Assembly: GCA_019704295.1 (NCBI GenBank)
Contig: AP024596.1
Span: 829,369 to 853,368 of the forward strand
From: Sulfolobales archaeon HS-7
GTDB lineage: Archaea > Thermoproteota > Thermoprotei_A > Sulfolobales > Sulfolobaceae
Direction of reading: 5' to 3'
DNA length: 24,000 nucleotides
Shown: positions 1 to 8,289 of the stretch, piece by piece
Layout of the letters: each line of letters opens with the position of its first letter
How positions within the stretch are numbered: the stretch's first letter is position 1
Notes under the pieces: generated by a model
Databases searched by the model: none
What the model was told of the DNA's origin: nothing
What the model saw: only the letters and a program-made list of their open reading frames with translations
Position numbers and translations under genes: made by a program

Positions 1-495
1 GTCTAAATAGTCTAACGTAGATTTATCCTGTTTTTCTACCGAAAATAAAAAGGGCTGATCTTGCTGAACTTTCCATCCAGGAATTCTATCGATTTTATTT
101 GCTGCTACGATAAACGGTACTTTCCTTGCCCTCAGCAATTCTAACGACTCTTTAGTTTGATTTTGAAAACCTTCCATAACATCAACAACCAATATTGCGA
201 TATCCGATACGCTTCCACCGCGTACTCTTAAATTAGAGAATAATTCATGACCAGGGGTGTCAATAAATAGCAAACCGGGAATCTCTAGTTTAATAGGGAT
301 TTTCTTTCTTAATGGAGAAGCTAACTTTTCTATGACTGAGGCAGGAACTAAACTTGCACCGACTTCTTGAGTCATTTCTCCTGGTTCCTTCTTGACTACC
401 GCTGTTCCCCTTATCTTATCTAATAATGTGGTCTTTCCATGGTCTACATGACCTAACACTACTACAATAGGTTGTCTTAATACTTTCTTTGACAT
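1..495 (-). CDS. infB: Translation initiation factor aIF5B (IF-2 family GTPase), first 165 codons; the gene continues beyond the window start
   Basis: My own minus-strand translation from the ATG at 495-493 gives [31 protein letters not shown]...[11 protein letters not shown]...[12 protein letters not shown]. GTPase motifs present: G1 GHVDHGKT, G3 DTPGH, G4 NKID. A strong Shine-Dalgarno-like GGTGAGGTGAT (plus coordinates 499-509) lies 3 nt upstream. It is absent from the ORF track because it runs off the window. Confidence 0.9.
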   Translation of the reverse strand, partial: MSKKVLRQPIVVVLGHVDHGKTTLLDKIRGTAVVKKEPGEMTQEVGASLVPASVIEKLASPLRKKIPIKLEIPGLLFIDTPGHELFSNLRVRGGSVSDIAILVVDVMEGFQNQTKESLELLRARKVPFIVAANKIDRIPGWKVQQDQPFLFSVEKQDKSTLDYLD

Positions 496-739
496 CTTAT
501 CACCTCACCATACGATTTTGATGTCAAATTGTTTGCCTCACTATTAGTATTATAGCTTCTCGGTTTTAACGTCAAGCTATGTAGAATTTTTATTAATATT
601 TATCATAATAATATAATTTTAAAAAAATTTTACTTAGTATATATATATATTAATAATACATATCTTGATCGAGCTTGAAGCGCGGAGCAAGCTAATTTCA
701 TGACCTAATTTTTTAATTTATATTGTAGTAGTAATAAGT

Positions 740-1196
740 AATAGCGTGTAATCCATAATTAACGCAAGAAACTAGATAAATTAAAATGTTATAAAATACA
801 TTCCCTAGAATTAAAATAGTTGTGTTATAGAGAGAAATAGTATAAAATTAGTTTATTCAAAGTACCCTAATGTAATAACATATTTTTAAGTATTAGAGCT
901 AAAACTAGGTTTTCAGTGTAATGGGTTTAACGTTTACAAGGAAATGACGGATATTTTGAGCTTAGTAAGTTAGTAAAAGCACTTAATCTCTCGCAATTCC
1001 CCGTAATATAATCCCGATTATCCGTGATAGGGAGAGTTATTCATATATAGAAGAATTTAGTTTTTAAAGTAAATAATATTTGTTATACATTACACACTAT
1101 TCTGACAATCAACAGCATAAAATAATTAAAACGAGTGTGTAAAGGGAGATTGGTATTATATTCACTGTGAAAGTTCCTCATATATAGTTTCTTAAT
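740..1196. repeat. Copy A of a diverged, ORF-free paralogous element of about 0.43 kb (partner at 21601-22010, same orientation)
   Basis: Hand alignment gives collinear blocks. Block 770-800 vs 21623-21653 matches 28/31. Block 907-936 vs 21764-21793 matches 24/30. Block 1061-1073 vs 21910-21922 matches 13/13. Inter-block spacings are 137/154 nt versus 141/146 nt. No ORF of 60 aa or more on either strand. Confidence 0.65.
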
Positions 1197-1285
1197 ATTC
1201 TTTATTATTTTAAATTTTAATAATAATATCAAAAGAAATAGTACAAAAATGAATAAGATAAAATTAAAAACCTATATCTAAAAAA

Positions 1286-1744
1286 CTATTGCGTACTCGT
1301 GACTACTACTTCCTTTTTCTTATTAATTTCCATTTTAACTTTTTCTAATTCGTCTGTCATCTGTCTTATTGCGAGCGTAAGTAAATCTTTATGCGCTTCG
1401 CGGACATGTTCTTCTGCATCATCACTTTGTACATTTATATCGCACTTTGTGCATTTATATAAACCTGAAGTTTTCTCCTTTGTAACTATTGGCTTAACTC
1501 CTTTCGATATCCTCTTTAATATTGGAATAATCTTTCTAGCTCTAGGTTCGCCTCCACTTTTTTCAATTATCCTTTGTGTATAACCCCTTAACTGGTGTTT
1601 TGATATCCCATATCTATAAGCTACTGTAGCAGGGCCTTCGCCCTTCACTAGATATTCTTCCAGAGCGTTAAGGAGATAGTCGTTCCCTCCTAATATTTTT
1701 AGTGCTATATAATTTATTAAGGATTTGGTATCTACTTGTTTCAT
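1286..1744 (-). CDS. Small putative DNA-binding protein with an HTH-like N-terminal region and a C2H2-type zinc finger; function unknown
   Basis: ORF track 1286..1753. GPATVAYRYGISKHQLRGYTQRI looks like a helix-turn-helix. YKCTKCDINVQSDDAEEHVREAH has the pattern C-X2-C-X11-H-X4-H. The ATG at 1744 is preceded by GGTGA (1750-1754) at 5 nt spacing, so it is a better start than the GTG at 1753. Confidence 0.6.
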   Translation of the reverse strand: MKQVDTKSLINYIALKILGGNDYLLNALEEYLVKGEGPATVAYRYGISKHQLRGYTQRIIEKSGGEPRARKIIPILKRISKGVKPIVTKEKTSGLYKCTKCDINVQSDDAEEHVREAHKDLLTLAIRQMTDELEKVKMEINKKKEVVVTSTQ

Positions 1745-1881
1745 TAAAATCACCCGATCTAAACTATTGTTATGTAGACTGAGTTTAAAAGGAATTGTGT
1801 TTATACAGTTATGATCTCACGTACTTATTCATACTAGTGAAAAAGTATATGTAATAATCTCTTCTCACTTAATGGAAAAGC

Positions 1882-2331
1882 TTAATTGATTAATTTTCTC
1901 ACACAATAGAGGAGAACTGCTGCTAGTTGGGGAGCGCCAATATCACCTACAGCTATGTCCATGCTTATTTCCTCGCCGAAACTAGTATCCACCTTTGAGA
2001 ACTTTTCATCAAGTCCATGAAATACTAACATGGTCGGTATATTTTTAAAAAGTTCAGAATAATTTACTTTTTGTCCGCTACCTGGCGTGACTAAATACAC
2101 TTTTTCAGGTCTAATCAGCTCCACCGCGTCCTTAAGGTCTGGAAGTATGATAATTCCTTTTCCTAATTTATACGCCATTTTATTTACTTCAGGTATCCCT
2201 GCCTGTGCTGCCGTTCCTCCTACCTTTGTTGCAACCAAAATTCCATTATCGGTTAAAGAGTAGACTACTTTTGCAAATTCAATTAACCTCTGGACACTAA
2301 TCACATTATGAATAACCACATATATCTTCAT
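1882..2331 (-). CDS. Conserved archaeal alpha/beta protein with a SPOUT-methyltransferase-like C-terminal pattern; function unknown
   Basis: ORF track 1882..2361. The likely start is MKIYVVIHN at 2331. The C-terminal MLVFHGLDEKFSKV...ISMDIAVGDIGAPQLAAVLLY resembles the SpoU/TrmD-class knot region (lvfG.e..G......ip......lnv..A..i.LYe). It overlaps the 3' end of the upstream methyltransferase gene by 26 nt. Confidence 0.45.
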   Translation of the reverse strand: MKIYVVIHNVISVQRLIEFAKVVYSLTDNGILVATKVGGTAAQAGIPEVNKMAYKLGKGIIILPDLKDAVELIRPEKVYLVTPGSGQKVNYSELFKNIPTMLVFHGLDEKFSKVDTSFGEEISMDIAVGDIGAPQLAAVLLYCVRKLIN

Positions 2332-3271
2332 ATTTTCCTCTAATATAACGTGCAATCGCATTAGATAAGCTTACTGGAACAGACTCTCCTACCTGGTTAT
2401 ACTGTTCGTCTCTCGAACCATAAAAGACATGGAAGTCTGGGTACAACATTAATCTTGCCTGTTCTCTAACCGTCAGGAAACGATCCTCAAATGGATGAAT
2501 AAATCTAGATCCACCCATTACTGTTGGTGCTATCTCATTAGGATCTAAACGGCGGTATAAAGGTATCTTCTTTCCACTACCCTCATACATGGACATATAT
2601 TCATTAAATGAGAGATTAACTATTTTTCTTAGTTTTTCATCACTAATTGCTATTTTTTCATGGTTTGGTACGTCGTTGATTTCCATTAGATCCCTTATTG
2701 CCTCATAGACTGTTATTCTTTTTGTCATGATCTGTGGTTTTATTTCAATATTAGAAATGAAAACTCTCGTCCTTCGCGATGGATTACCATAATTTTCTGC
2801 CCTCAATATATTAAAAAAAACTTTTGGATATCCTGCGTCATCAAAAAGCCTAGAAAGTTCGTCTCTTAACTCACCATGTTCTACTAAAGACGGAACGTTT
2901 TCCATTACGAATATGCAAGGATTAATTTCCTTAAGAACTCTTATGTATTCTAATGTCAGTAGTCCTCTCTCATCCTCATATAACCGCGATAGTGGCTCTT
3001 TCTTCCTTTTTGGATTAGCCGCTGTAAAAGCTTCGCACGGCGGACTGCCTATTACTATTTTTGGGTGACTATTGATTAATTTTATTTGTTTCCAATTAAA
3101 ATAGGCTATATCCTCTTCTAATACTAATGTTGTGGGAAAGTTAGATGCATACGTTCTAGCCGCATCATGATTTTTTTCTAATGCAACAATTATTTCAAAC
3201 CAGTATGAGAATCCTCTACTAAATCCTCCAGCACCTGCGAAAAGATCAATTACTGCTGGCTTTTGTTTCAT
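2306..3271 (-). CDS. Cytosine-5 methyltransferase (Dcm/Dnmt fold), orphan: no adjacent nuclease gene
   Basis: Motif I VIDLFAGAGGFSRGF. Motif IV GSPPCEAFT, with the catalytic PC. Motif VI FVMENVPSL. Motif VIII RRTRVFI. Motif IX LTVREQARLMLYPDFHVF. Motif X QVGESVPVSLSNAIA. The ATG at 3271 is preferred over the TTG at 3277. Confidence 0.85.
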   Translation of the reverse strand: MKQKPAVIDLFAGAGGFSRGFSYWFEIIVALEKNHDAARTYASNFPTTLVLEEDIAYFNWKQIKLINSHPKIVIGSPPCEAFTAANPKRKKEPLSRLYEDERGLLTLEYIRVLKEINPCIFVMENVPSLVEHGELRDELSRLFDDAGYPKVFFNILRAENYGNPSRRTRVFISNIEIKPQIMTKRITVYEAIRDLMEINDVPNHEKIAISDEKLRKIVNLSFNEYMSMYEGSGKKIPLYRRLDPNEIAPTVMGGSRFIHPFEDRFLTVREQARLMLYPDFHVFYGSRDEQYNQVGESVPVSLSNAIARYIRGKYEDICGYS

Positions 3272-3773
3272 TAGCAATCTCTTCTTCTAGTTTTTCTATT
3301 CTTTCCCTTAATCTCTCCTTAACTTTTTCCGAGTCGTAATAGGACAGTGGTGAACCACACCTAGGACACTTAAACTGATTTTCAAACGCCTCATCAAACG
3401 TGTATCTTGCGTAATCGTTATTACACACGTAAAATGTATTGGAACTTTCGAATTCTAATCTCAATTTTAATTTTTCGAGTATTGCGCGCTTCCTATTTAG
3501 TATAATGTTATTAATTTGTTCTAAATTAGCCCTCCAAAAATATATATACCATCCGGTATCCTTATCTCTTGTGCGTCTAGAAATCACGAATCCCTGTTCT
3601 GCCAACATGTAAAGAACCTTTCTGACATCATTTATCTTTAGATTTAGCTCGTTGGCTATATCTTCATCTTTCATTTCTTCCCTCCTCTTAATCAAAAGAG
3701 ACAATACGTCAATAACATCATCGCCTAAAATTTCTTTCGCCATTTTTATTAATAATTCTTCTACACTACTCAT
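3246..3773 (-). CDS. tfe: Transcription factor E alpha (TFE, TFIIE-alpha homologue): winged helix plus zinc ribbon
   Basis: Winged-helix region DEDIANELNLKINDVRKVLYMLAEQGFVISRRTRDKDTGWYIYFWR. Zinc-ribbon-like YVCNNDYARYTFDEAFENQFKCPRCGSPL. Its ATG at 3773 overlaps the stop of the upstream gene. Confidence 0.9.
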   Translation of the reverse strand: MSSVEELLIKMAKEILGDDVIDVLSLLIKRREEMKDEDIANELNLKINDVRKVLYMLAEQGFVISRRTRDKDTGWYIYFWRANLEQINNIILNRKRAILEKLKLRLEFESSNTFYVCNNDYARYTFDEAFENQFKCPRCGSPLSYYDSEKVKERLRERIEKLEEEIANETKASSN

Positions 3774-4293
3774 TCTTAACTACCTTTTTCCCCCTTTCTT
3801 GTGGTATTATGCGTAACTTGGAATCCTGAAAATATATATCGAGTTCCTCCCCTTTATATATTCTGTCTAAGAAGATGGCTAACGCAGCTATTTCAGAATG
3901 TGGTTGGGAAGAAATTGATATATTAAAGTCCGAATTATAGTAATACCATCCCTCAACCTTCTGACTTCCTACTACTATGAGAATTGGTTTCTGAATAGTT
4001 GAGATAATATCCATAACTTGATTAATTCTCTGTCCATACATTGTTAAGTGAATTACGATACCTCCTCTCTTCTTCCACTCAATAACTAGGCGCTGCGGAT
4101 TTTCACAGTAATCTATTTCAAAATACGTTCCTCCCCACATCGACTTTACATTCTCTATTTTTTTGATTAACGCGTTATCTTCATCCCCTGCAATGAAAAT
4201 TCCTCTAGCTCCCAACGCTCTTGCAACTAATGCAACGTGAGTTGTAACTCTTTTATCTCTCTGCTTCCTATGGCCTAACCTCAGTATATATAT
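3766..4293 (-). CDS. trm56: tRNA (cytidine56-2'-O)-methyltransferase aTrm56 (SPOUT); start codon uncertain
   Basis: The ORF track gives 3766..4215 from a TTG. The same frame stays open upstream and encodes ILRLGHRKQRDKRVTTHVALVARALGARG, the conserved aTrm56 N-terminus. Other family motifs: HLTMYG, VGSQKV, SSQPHSEIAALAIFLDR. There is no ATG, GTG or TTG upstream of LRLGHR, so the end coordinate 4293 assumes an ATA start. Confidence 0.8.
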   Translation of the reverse strand: MYILRLGHRKQRDKRVTTHVALVARALGARGIFIAGDEDNALIKKIENVKSMWGGTYFEIDYCENPQRLVIEWKKRGGIVIHLTMYGQRINQVMDIISTIQKPILIVVGSQKVEGWYYYNSDFNISISSQPHSEIAALAIFLDRIYKGEELDIYFQDSKLRIIPQERGKKVVKNE

Positions 4294-5351
4294 TTCTTTA
4301 TATCTAAAGCTTGAGATAAATGCTCCCTCACACTGCTTATATTTTGCTTAGTTTTTGCAGAAACAGGAACTATTCCAATAACCGGTTCATATTTATTTTG
4401 AATTAACTCTTTAGCTTTCCTAATTTTAACGTCTATGTCCCTTGTAATATCTATTTTATTTAGGAGTAATAATAGGGGTTTACCACTAAGTCCTATTTGT
4501 CGCATTATATTTATGGAACCCATAAACATTTTTGTAAAAATCTGTATATCACTAGACGCATCTATAACAAGAATTAATGCGTCAGAAAACTTTGCCTCAG
4601 ATAAGGTTACGTGAAACGCCTCAATTATTTGGGGGGGAATACTCATTATGAAACCTACACTATCTACTAGAACTGCCTTCGCTCCATTTATATCAATTGA
4701 AGCTCTCTTTGGGGACATCGTCGTAAACATGGAATTATCAACCTTCTTGTTAAGACCCGACAATACATTAAATATAGATGTCTTACCAACATTTGTATAG
4801 CCTAGAATAGTCACCTGCGGCAGTCCACGCTCTTTAAGCTTCTCAAGTCTCAGTGTAGTTACTGTCTTTATTCGCTGCAATTCATTATTTAATCTAGATA
4901 TTCTTCTTTTATGATATTTTAATAGTGCCTCTAATTCATATTTTCCTCCGCCAAAGGGACCTTGTTGTTCACCGAGTTTACTCCTTCTAATTTGATCTCT
5001 TAGTAGCGGAACTTCGTACTTTAATTTAGCAAGTTCTATCTGCAATTTCGCCTCTTTCGCTCCGGCATGTAATGCAAATATTTCTAGGAGAAGTTGTATT
5101 TTATCTAGTATTCTGATATTTTTTAATTGTAAGCTCAAATTTATAAGTTGCCTAGGCTTTAGGGTATCAAATATTACTACTACATCTGGCATATCGCTGT
5201 TTATCTGTTTAATTTTATCCTCACTAATAAAATATTTGGGATTATTTTTTTCGCCTATTTTATACTCTCTTATAATCTTATAGTTTAAAGTACTTACTAA
5301 CGCTTTAGCCTCTACCGCATCATCTAGTTTTGAAAAAAGTATACAATTCAA
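4281..5351 (-). CDS. hflX: GTPase HflX
   Basis: G1 GYTNVGKTSIFNVL, G3 DSVGFI, G4 LNKIDI. An HflX-type N-terminal domain and coiled linker are present (LQIELAKLKYEVPLLRDQI). The TTG start overlaps the stop of the upstream gene as TTGA. Confidence 0.85.
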   Translation of the reverse strand: MNCILFSKLDDAVEAKALVSTLNYKIIREYKIGEKNNPKYFISEDKIKQINSDMPDVVVIFDTLKPRQLINLSLQLKNIRILDKIQLLLEIFALHAGAKEAKLQIELAKLKYEVPLLRDQIRRSKLGEQQGPFGGGKYELEALLKYHKRRISRLNNELQRIKTVTTLRLEKLKERGLPQVTILGYTNVGKTSIFNVLSGLNKKVDNSMFTTMSPKRASIDINGAKAVLVDSVGFIMSIPPQIIEAFHVTLSEAKFSDALILVIDASSDIQIFTKMFMGSINIMRQIGLSGKPLLLLLNKIDITRDIDVKIRKAKELIQNKYEPVIGIVPVSAKTKQNISSVREHLSQALDIKKYIY

Positions 5352-5854
5352 TTTTTCCTTACCTTATTTCTGATATTGACTATGTCGCCTAATGTGAGCT
5401 CGAACTCATCATCATTGCCTTCTAACTGGTTATCTGTTCCTTCTTCAAAATTTTTTGTAATAAGGGATATATTTAAAATTTTTTCAAGACTCTTCGCTTG
5501 TTCTAGCGTAGGTCTTAATTTGCCGCTCTCAAAACGCTTTACAATATTCTCCTGTACTTTCATTTTATCAGCTAATTGCTTTGTAGTCATATGCAATCTT
5601 TCACGACCTTCCCGGATTAGTTGTCCATAATTCTCAATAATGTCTTCTTCTGGTAAATCCCTTATTGTCCTTCTGGTTATCATTTTTTTAGAATTAAATT
5701 TTTTTTGTTGTTGTTTAATAACTTTTGCATCACTTTTCACTTTATTATAGCAAATATCGCATAACGATAACGTGGCTCCTTCTATGTTTACTTGGGTAAC
5801 ATTATTAGTTTTTCTTCCACACATTTCACAGTATAACTCTTCCCCTCTTCGCAT
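5348..5854 (-). CDS. mbf1: Archaeal multiprotein bridging factor 1 (aMBF1): zinc ribbon plus Cro/C1-type HTH
   Basis: N-terminal CEMCGRK...CDICYNK zinc ribbon. C-terminal HTH TTKQLADKMKVQENIVKRFESGKLRPTLEQAKSLEKILNISL. Confidence 0.85.
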   Translation of the reverse strand: MRRGEELYCEMCGRKTNNVTQVNIEGATLSLCDICYNKVKSDAKVIKQQQKKFNSKKMITRRTIRDLPEEDIIENYGQLIREGRERLHMTTKQLADKMKVQENIVKRFESGKLRPTLEQAKSLEKILNISLITKNFEEGTDNQLEGNDDEFELTLGDIVNIRNKVRKN

Positions 5855-5897
5855 TTGTACCTTAAAATAATAATTAGCATTAAACGTTATTAGCCTA

Positions 5898-5907
5898 TCT
5901 ATATAAT
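5898..5907 (+). promoter_or_regulatory. TATA-like box for PAN in a 71-bp divergent intergenic region; probably a leaderless transcript
   Basis: TCTATATAAT is centred about 23 nt upstream of the TTG start at 5926. No SD-like element lies between them. Confidence 0.4.
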
Positions 5908-5925
5908 TAATAGTACTGGATTAGT

Positions 5926-7104
5926 TTGTCAGGTAGTATAGATGATTATCCAGTAAGCAGAAGCGGAGACGACTCAATAATAAAGATCTTGGAAGAGAAA
6001 GTAAAAAGTATGCAGGTTGAGATAGAATCCTTAAGAAAAGAATTAATATATTATAAAAGCGAGTTCGAAAAGCTCATGAGTCCTCCTCTAATAGAGGCTA
6101 CTGTACTTGACGTTCTTGAAGACGGTAGAGTTGTGGTTAGAAGCTCTTCTGGACCAAATCTTATAGTGAATGTATCGCATAATATCGATTACGGACTCAT
6201 AAAACCTGGTTCTGTTGTAGCCCTAAGCCAAAGAGGTTCTACAGTGGTGGAGGTATTACCTGATAGGGACGATTTATTAGTGAAGTCGTTAGAGGTTATT
6301 GACAGACCAAATGTAACGTTTACTGACATAGGTGGACTGGATGAACAAATTAGGGAAATAAAGGAAGTCGTTCAACTTCCGCTAACAAATCCCAGCATCT
6401 TTAAGGAAATAGGAATAGAACCACCTAAAGGTATTTTGTTATATGGTCCTCCGGGGACAGGGAAAACGATGTTAGCTAAAGCAGTAGCCAGAGAAAGCAA
6501 CGCTACTTTTCTTCATGTAGTCGCCTCAGAATTCGCGCAAAAATTTGTAGGTGAGGGAGCTAAACTAGTCAAAGAGTTATTTGAACTTGCCAGAAAAAAG
6601 AAACCTTCAATCGTGTTCATTGATGAGATAGATGCTATCGCTGCTAAAAGGATCGAAGTAGGTACTAGTGGTGAAAGAGAAATTCAGAGAACTTTAATGC
6701 AGTTACTCTCTGAGATAGACGGATTTAACAATTTAGAGGCGGTCAAAGTTATTGCGGCTACTAATAGAATTGACATTTTAGATCCAGCTATTTTACGACC
6801 CGGCAGATTTGATAGGCTTATCTACGTACCATTACCAAATGAAAAAGGAAGAGAGGAAATATTTAAGATATATTTAAAAAGGATGAAAATTTCAGAGAAG
6901 ATCGATGTCAAAACACTAGCTCTAATGACGAATGAGTTTAGCGGAGCCGATATAAAGAATGTATGTATAGAAGCTGCGTATCAGGCTATAAGGGAAGGCA
7001 GGACCTCAGTATCAGGAACGGACTTCATAGCCGCAGTAAATTATATCAAATCAAAAAAGAATAATTTAACGAAAAACGTTGAGAGGAGTGAGAAGTTCAT
7101 ATGA
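5926..7104 (+). CDS. pan: Proteasome-activating nucleotidase PAN (AAA+ ATPase)
   Basis: N-terminal coiled coil ([26 protein letters not shown]) and an OB region. Walker A GPPGTGKT. Walker [10 protein letters not shown]. Second region of homology [20 protein letters not shown]. Confidence 0.92.
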   Translation: MSGSIDDYPVSRSGDDSIIKILEEKVKSMQVEIESLRKELIYYKSEFEKLMSPPLIEATVLDVLEDGRVVVRSSSGPNLIVNVSHNIDYGLIKPGSVVALSQRGSTVVEVLPDRDDLLVKSLEVIDRPNVTFTDIGGLDEQIREIKEVVQLPLTNPSIFKEIGIEPPKGILLYGPPGTGKTMLAKAVARESNATFLHVVASEFAQKFVGEGAKLVKELFELARKKKPSIVFIDEIDAIAAKRIEVGTSGEREIQRTLMQLLSEIDGFNNLEAVKVIAATNRIDILDPAILRPGRFDRLIYVPLPNEKGREEIFKIYLKRMKISEKIDVKTLALMTNEFSGADIKNVCIEAAYQAIREGRTSVSGTDFIAAVNYIKSKKNNLTKNVERSEKFI

Positions 7105-7585
7105 AGCAACAAAAGAAGATTTTGAGTTCTTAAATTCCGTGCTGATATATCAGTTAGGTAGGAAGGAAGCTGACGCCCTATTAAATGTACAGAAACTGTT
7201 TATTAGTCGTTCGCACTTTACTAATAGAATAAGAAACGTATATGATAATGATAAGCTATTATTTTCCTTAAGGCCGAAGGATGGAAGAGCGTCTCTATCC
7301 CTATTTGGAGGAGTAACCTTATTTAACAAAGTCCCCGATAGCTGGCTCATAATCAGGATTAAGGACGAGGTTGCTGAATTTATTGCGAAAGGTCTAAGTG
7401 TTTTCGCTAAACACGTTATTAGCGTAAATCCTGAAATCAGACCTGGGGATGAGGTCATAGTAGTTGCAAACAATAAGGTAGTAGGTGTAGGAAGGGCTAC
7501 CCTATCAGGGAGAGAAATAGGTTATTTTAATATTGGCGTAGCTGTAAAGATTAGAAGGGGTATAAACAATTGGCAAAAGTTATGA
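7079..7585 (+). CDS. PUA-domain RNA-binding protein (pre-PUA plus PUA), arcTGT C-terminal-like
   Basis: The C-terminal [43 protein letters not shown] is a typical PUA signature. The start is uncertain: TTG at 7079 or GTG at 7088, both overlapping the PAN 3' end. Confidence 0.7.
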   Translation: MRGVRSSYEATKEDFEFLNSVLIYQLGRKEADALLNVQKLFISRSHFTNRIRNVYDNDKLLFSLRPKDGRASLSLFGGVTLFNKVPDSWLIIRIKDEVAEFIAKGLSVFAKHVISVNPEIRPGDEVIVVANNKVVGVGRATLSGREIGYFNIGVAVKIRRGINNWQKL

Positions 7586-8289
7586 TAACAGGAGTTGATA
7601 GCAAACAGTTGCAAAACTCTACATTAATAACTGGGTTTAGAACCTTAGGAGAGGTTGGCTATTTAGCGGTGAGACATTTAATATTATCTACTAAACCTAG
7701 AAAAATAGGTGCAATAGTGACGAAGTATCAGACAGATATTACGTTCTTGGACGAATACGGTTTGGCAACGCCATTTGACATCTTCTTTGATGAGGGGAAA
7801 AAAATAATCTATATACTGAATCATCTTCTTCCCATAAGAAGAGAATGGGCCGATTTTTCAAGGACTATAATTAAATGGTCCCTCTCATTAAATGTAAGTA
7901 ATATGTTCTTGATAGGAGGGTTAGATAGGAGATACAAAACTACGCAGGCATCTATGGCTTGGTTAAAAAATAACTATTCGCCCATTGAACTAAATATGCC
8001 GTTACTTGAGAAACAACAATTGATCATAGGTCCATTAGCCTTACTTATTATATATTCTGAACTATACAAAGTGCCAGCTTCGATCCTACTACCTTATGCG
8101 GATAGAGATAGACCAGACCCAGCAGCTGCGGCCGAAGCGGTTAACGTAATAAGCGAATTAATGGGACTGAAAATAGATGTTAATCAACTTTTGGAAGACG
8201 CTAAGCGGATCGAAGAAGAGATAACTAAACAGTTAAAACAACTACAAGATGAGATGTATAAATCACAACCGAATAGACATTATATGTAA
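7582..8289 (+). CDS. PAC2-family proteasome assembly chaperone (PbaA/PbaB-like)
   Basis: LITGFRTLGEVGYLAVRHLI matches the PAC2 N-terminal Gly-rich motif. A C-terminal helical tail ends in ...NRHYM. The ATG at 7582 overlaps the TGA of the upstream gene (ATGA), which supports this start over the TTG at 7570. Confidence 0.7.
   Translation: MITGVDSKQLQNSTLITGFRTLGEVGYLAVRHLILSTKPRKIGAIVTKYQTDITFLDEYGLATPFDIFFDEGKKIIYILNHLLPIRREWADFSRTIIKWSLSLNVSNMFLIGGLDRRYKTTQASMAWLKNNYSPIELNMPLLEKQQLIIGPLALLIIYSELYKVPASILLPYADRDRPDPAAAAEAVNVISELMGLKIDVNQLLEDAKRIEEEITKQLKQLQDEMYKSQPNRHYM

Noticed and set aside
496-1285. The long AT-rich intergenic region as a replication origin.
   Set aside because: I found no origin-recognition-box-like repeats (TCCA..GGAAA-type dyads) and no adjacent cdc6/orc1 or whiP gene in the window. 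The conserved strings shared with copy B do not resemble ORB elements.
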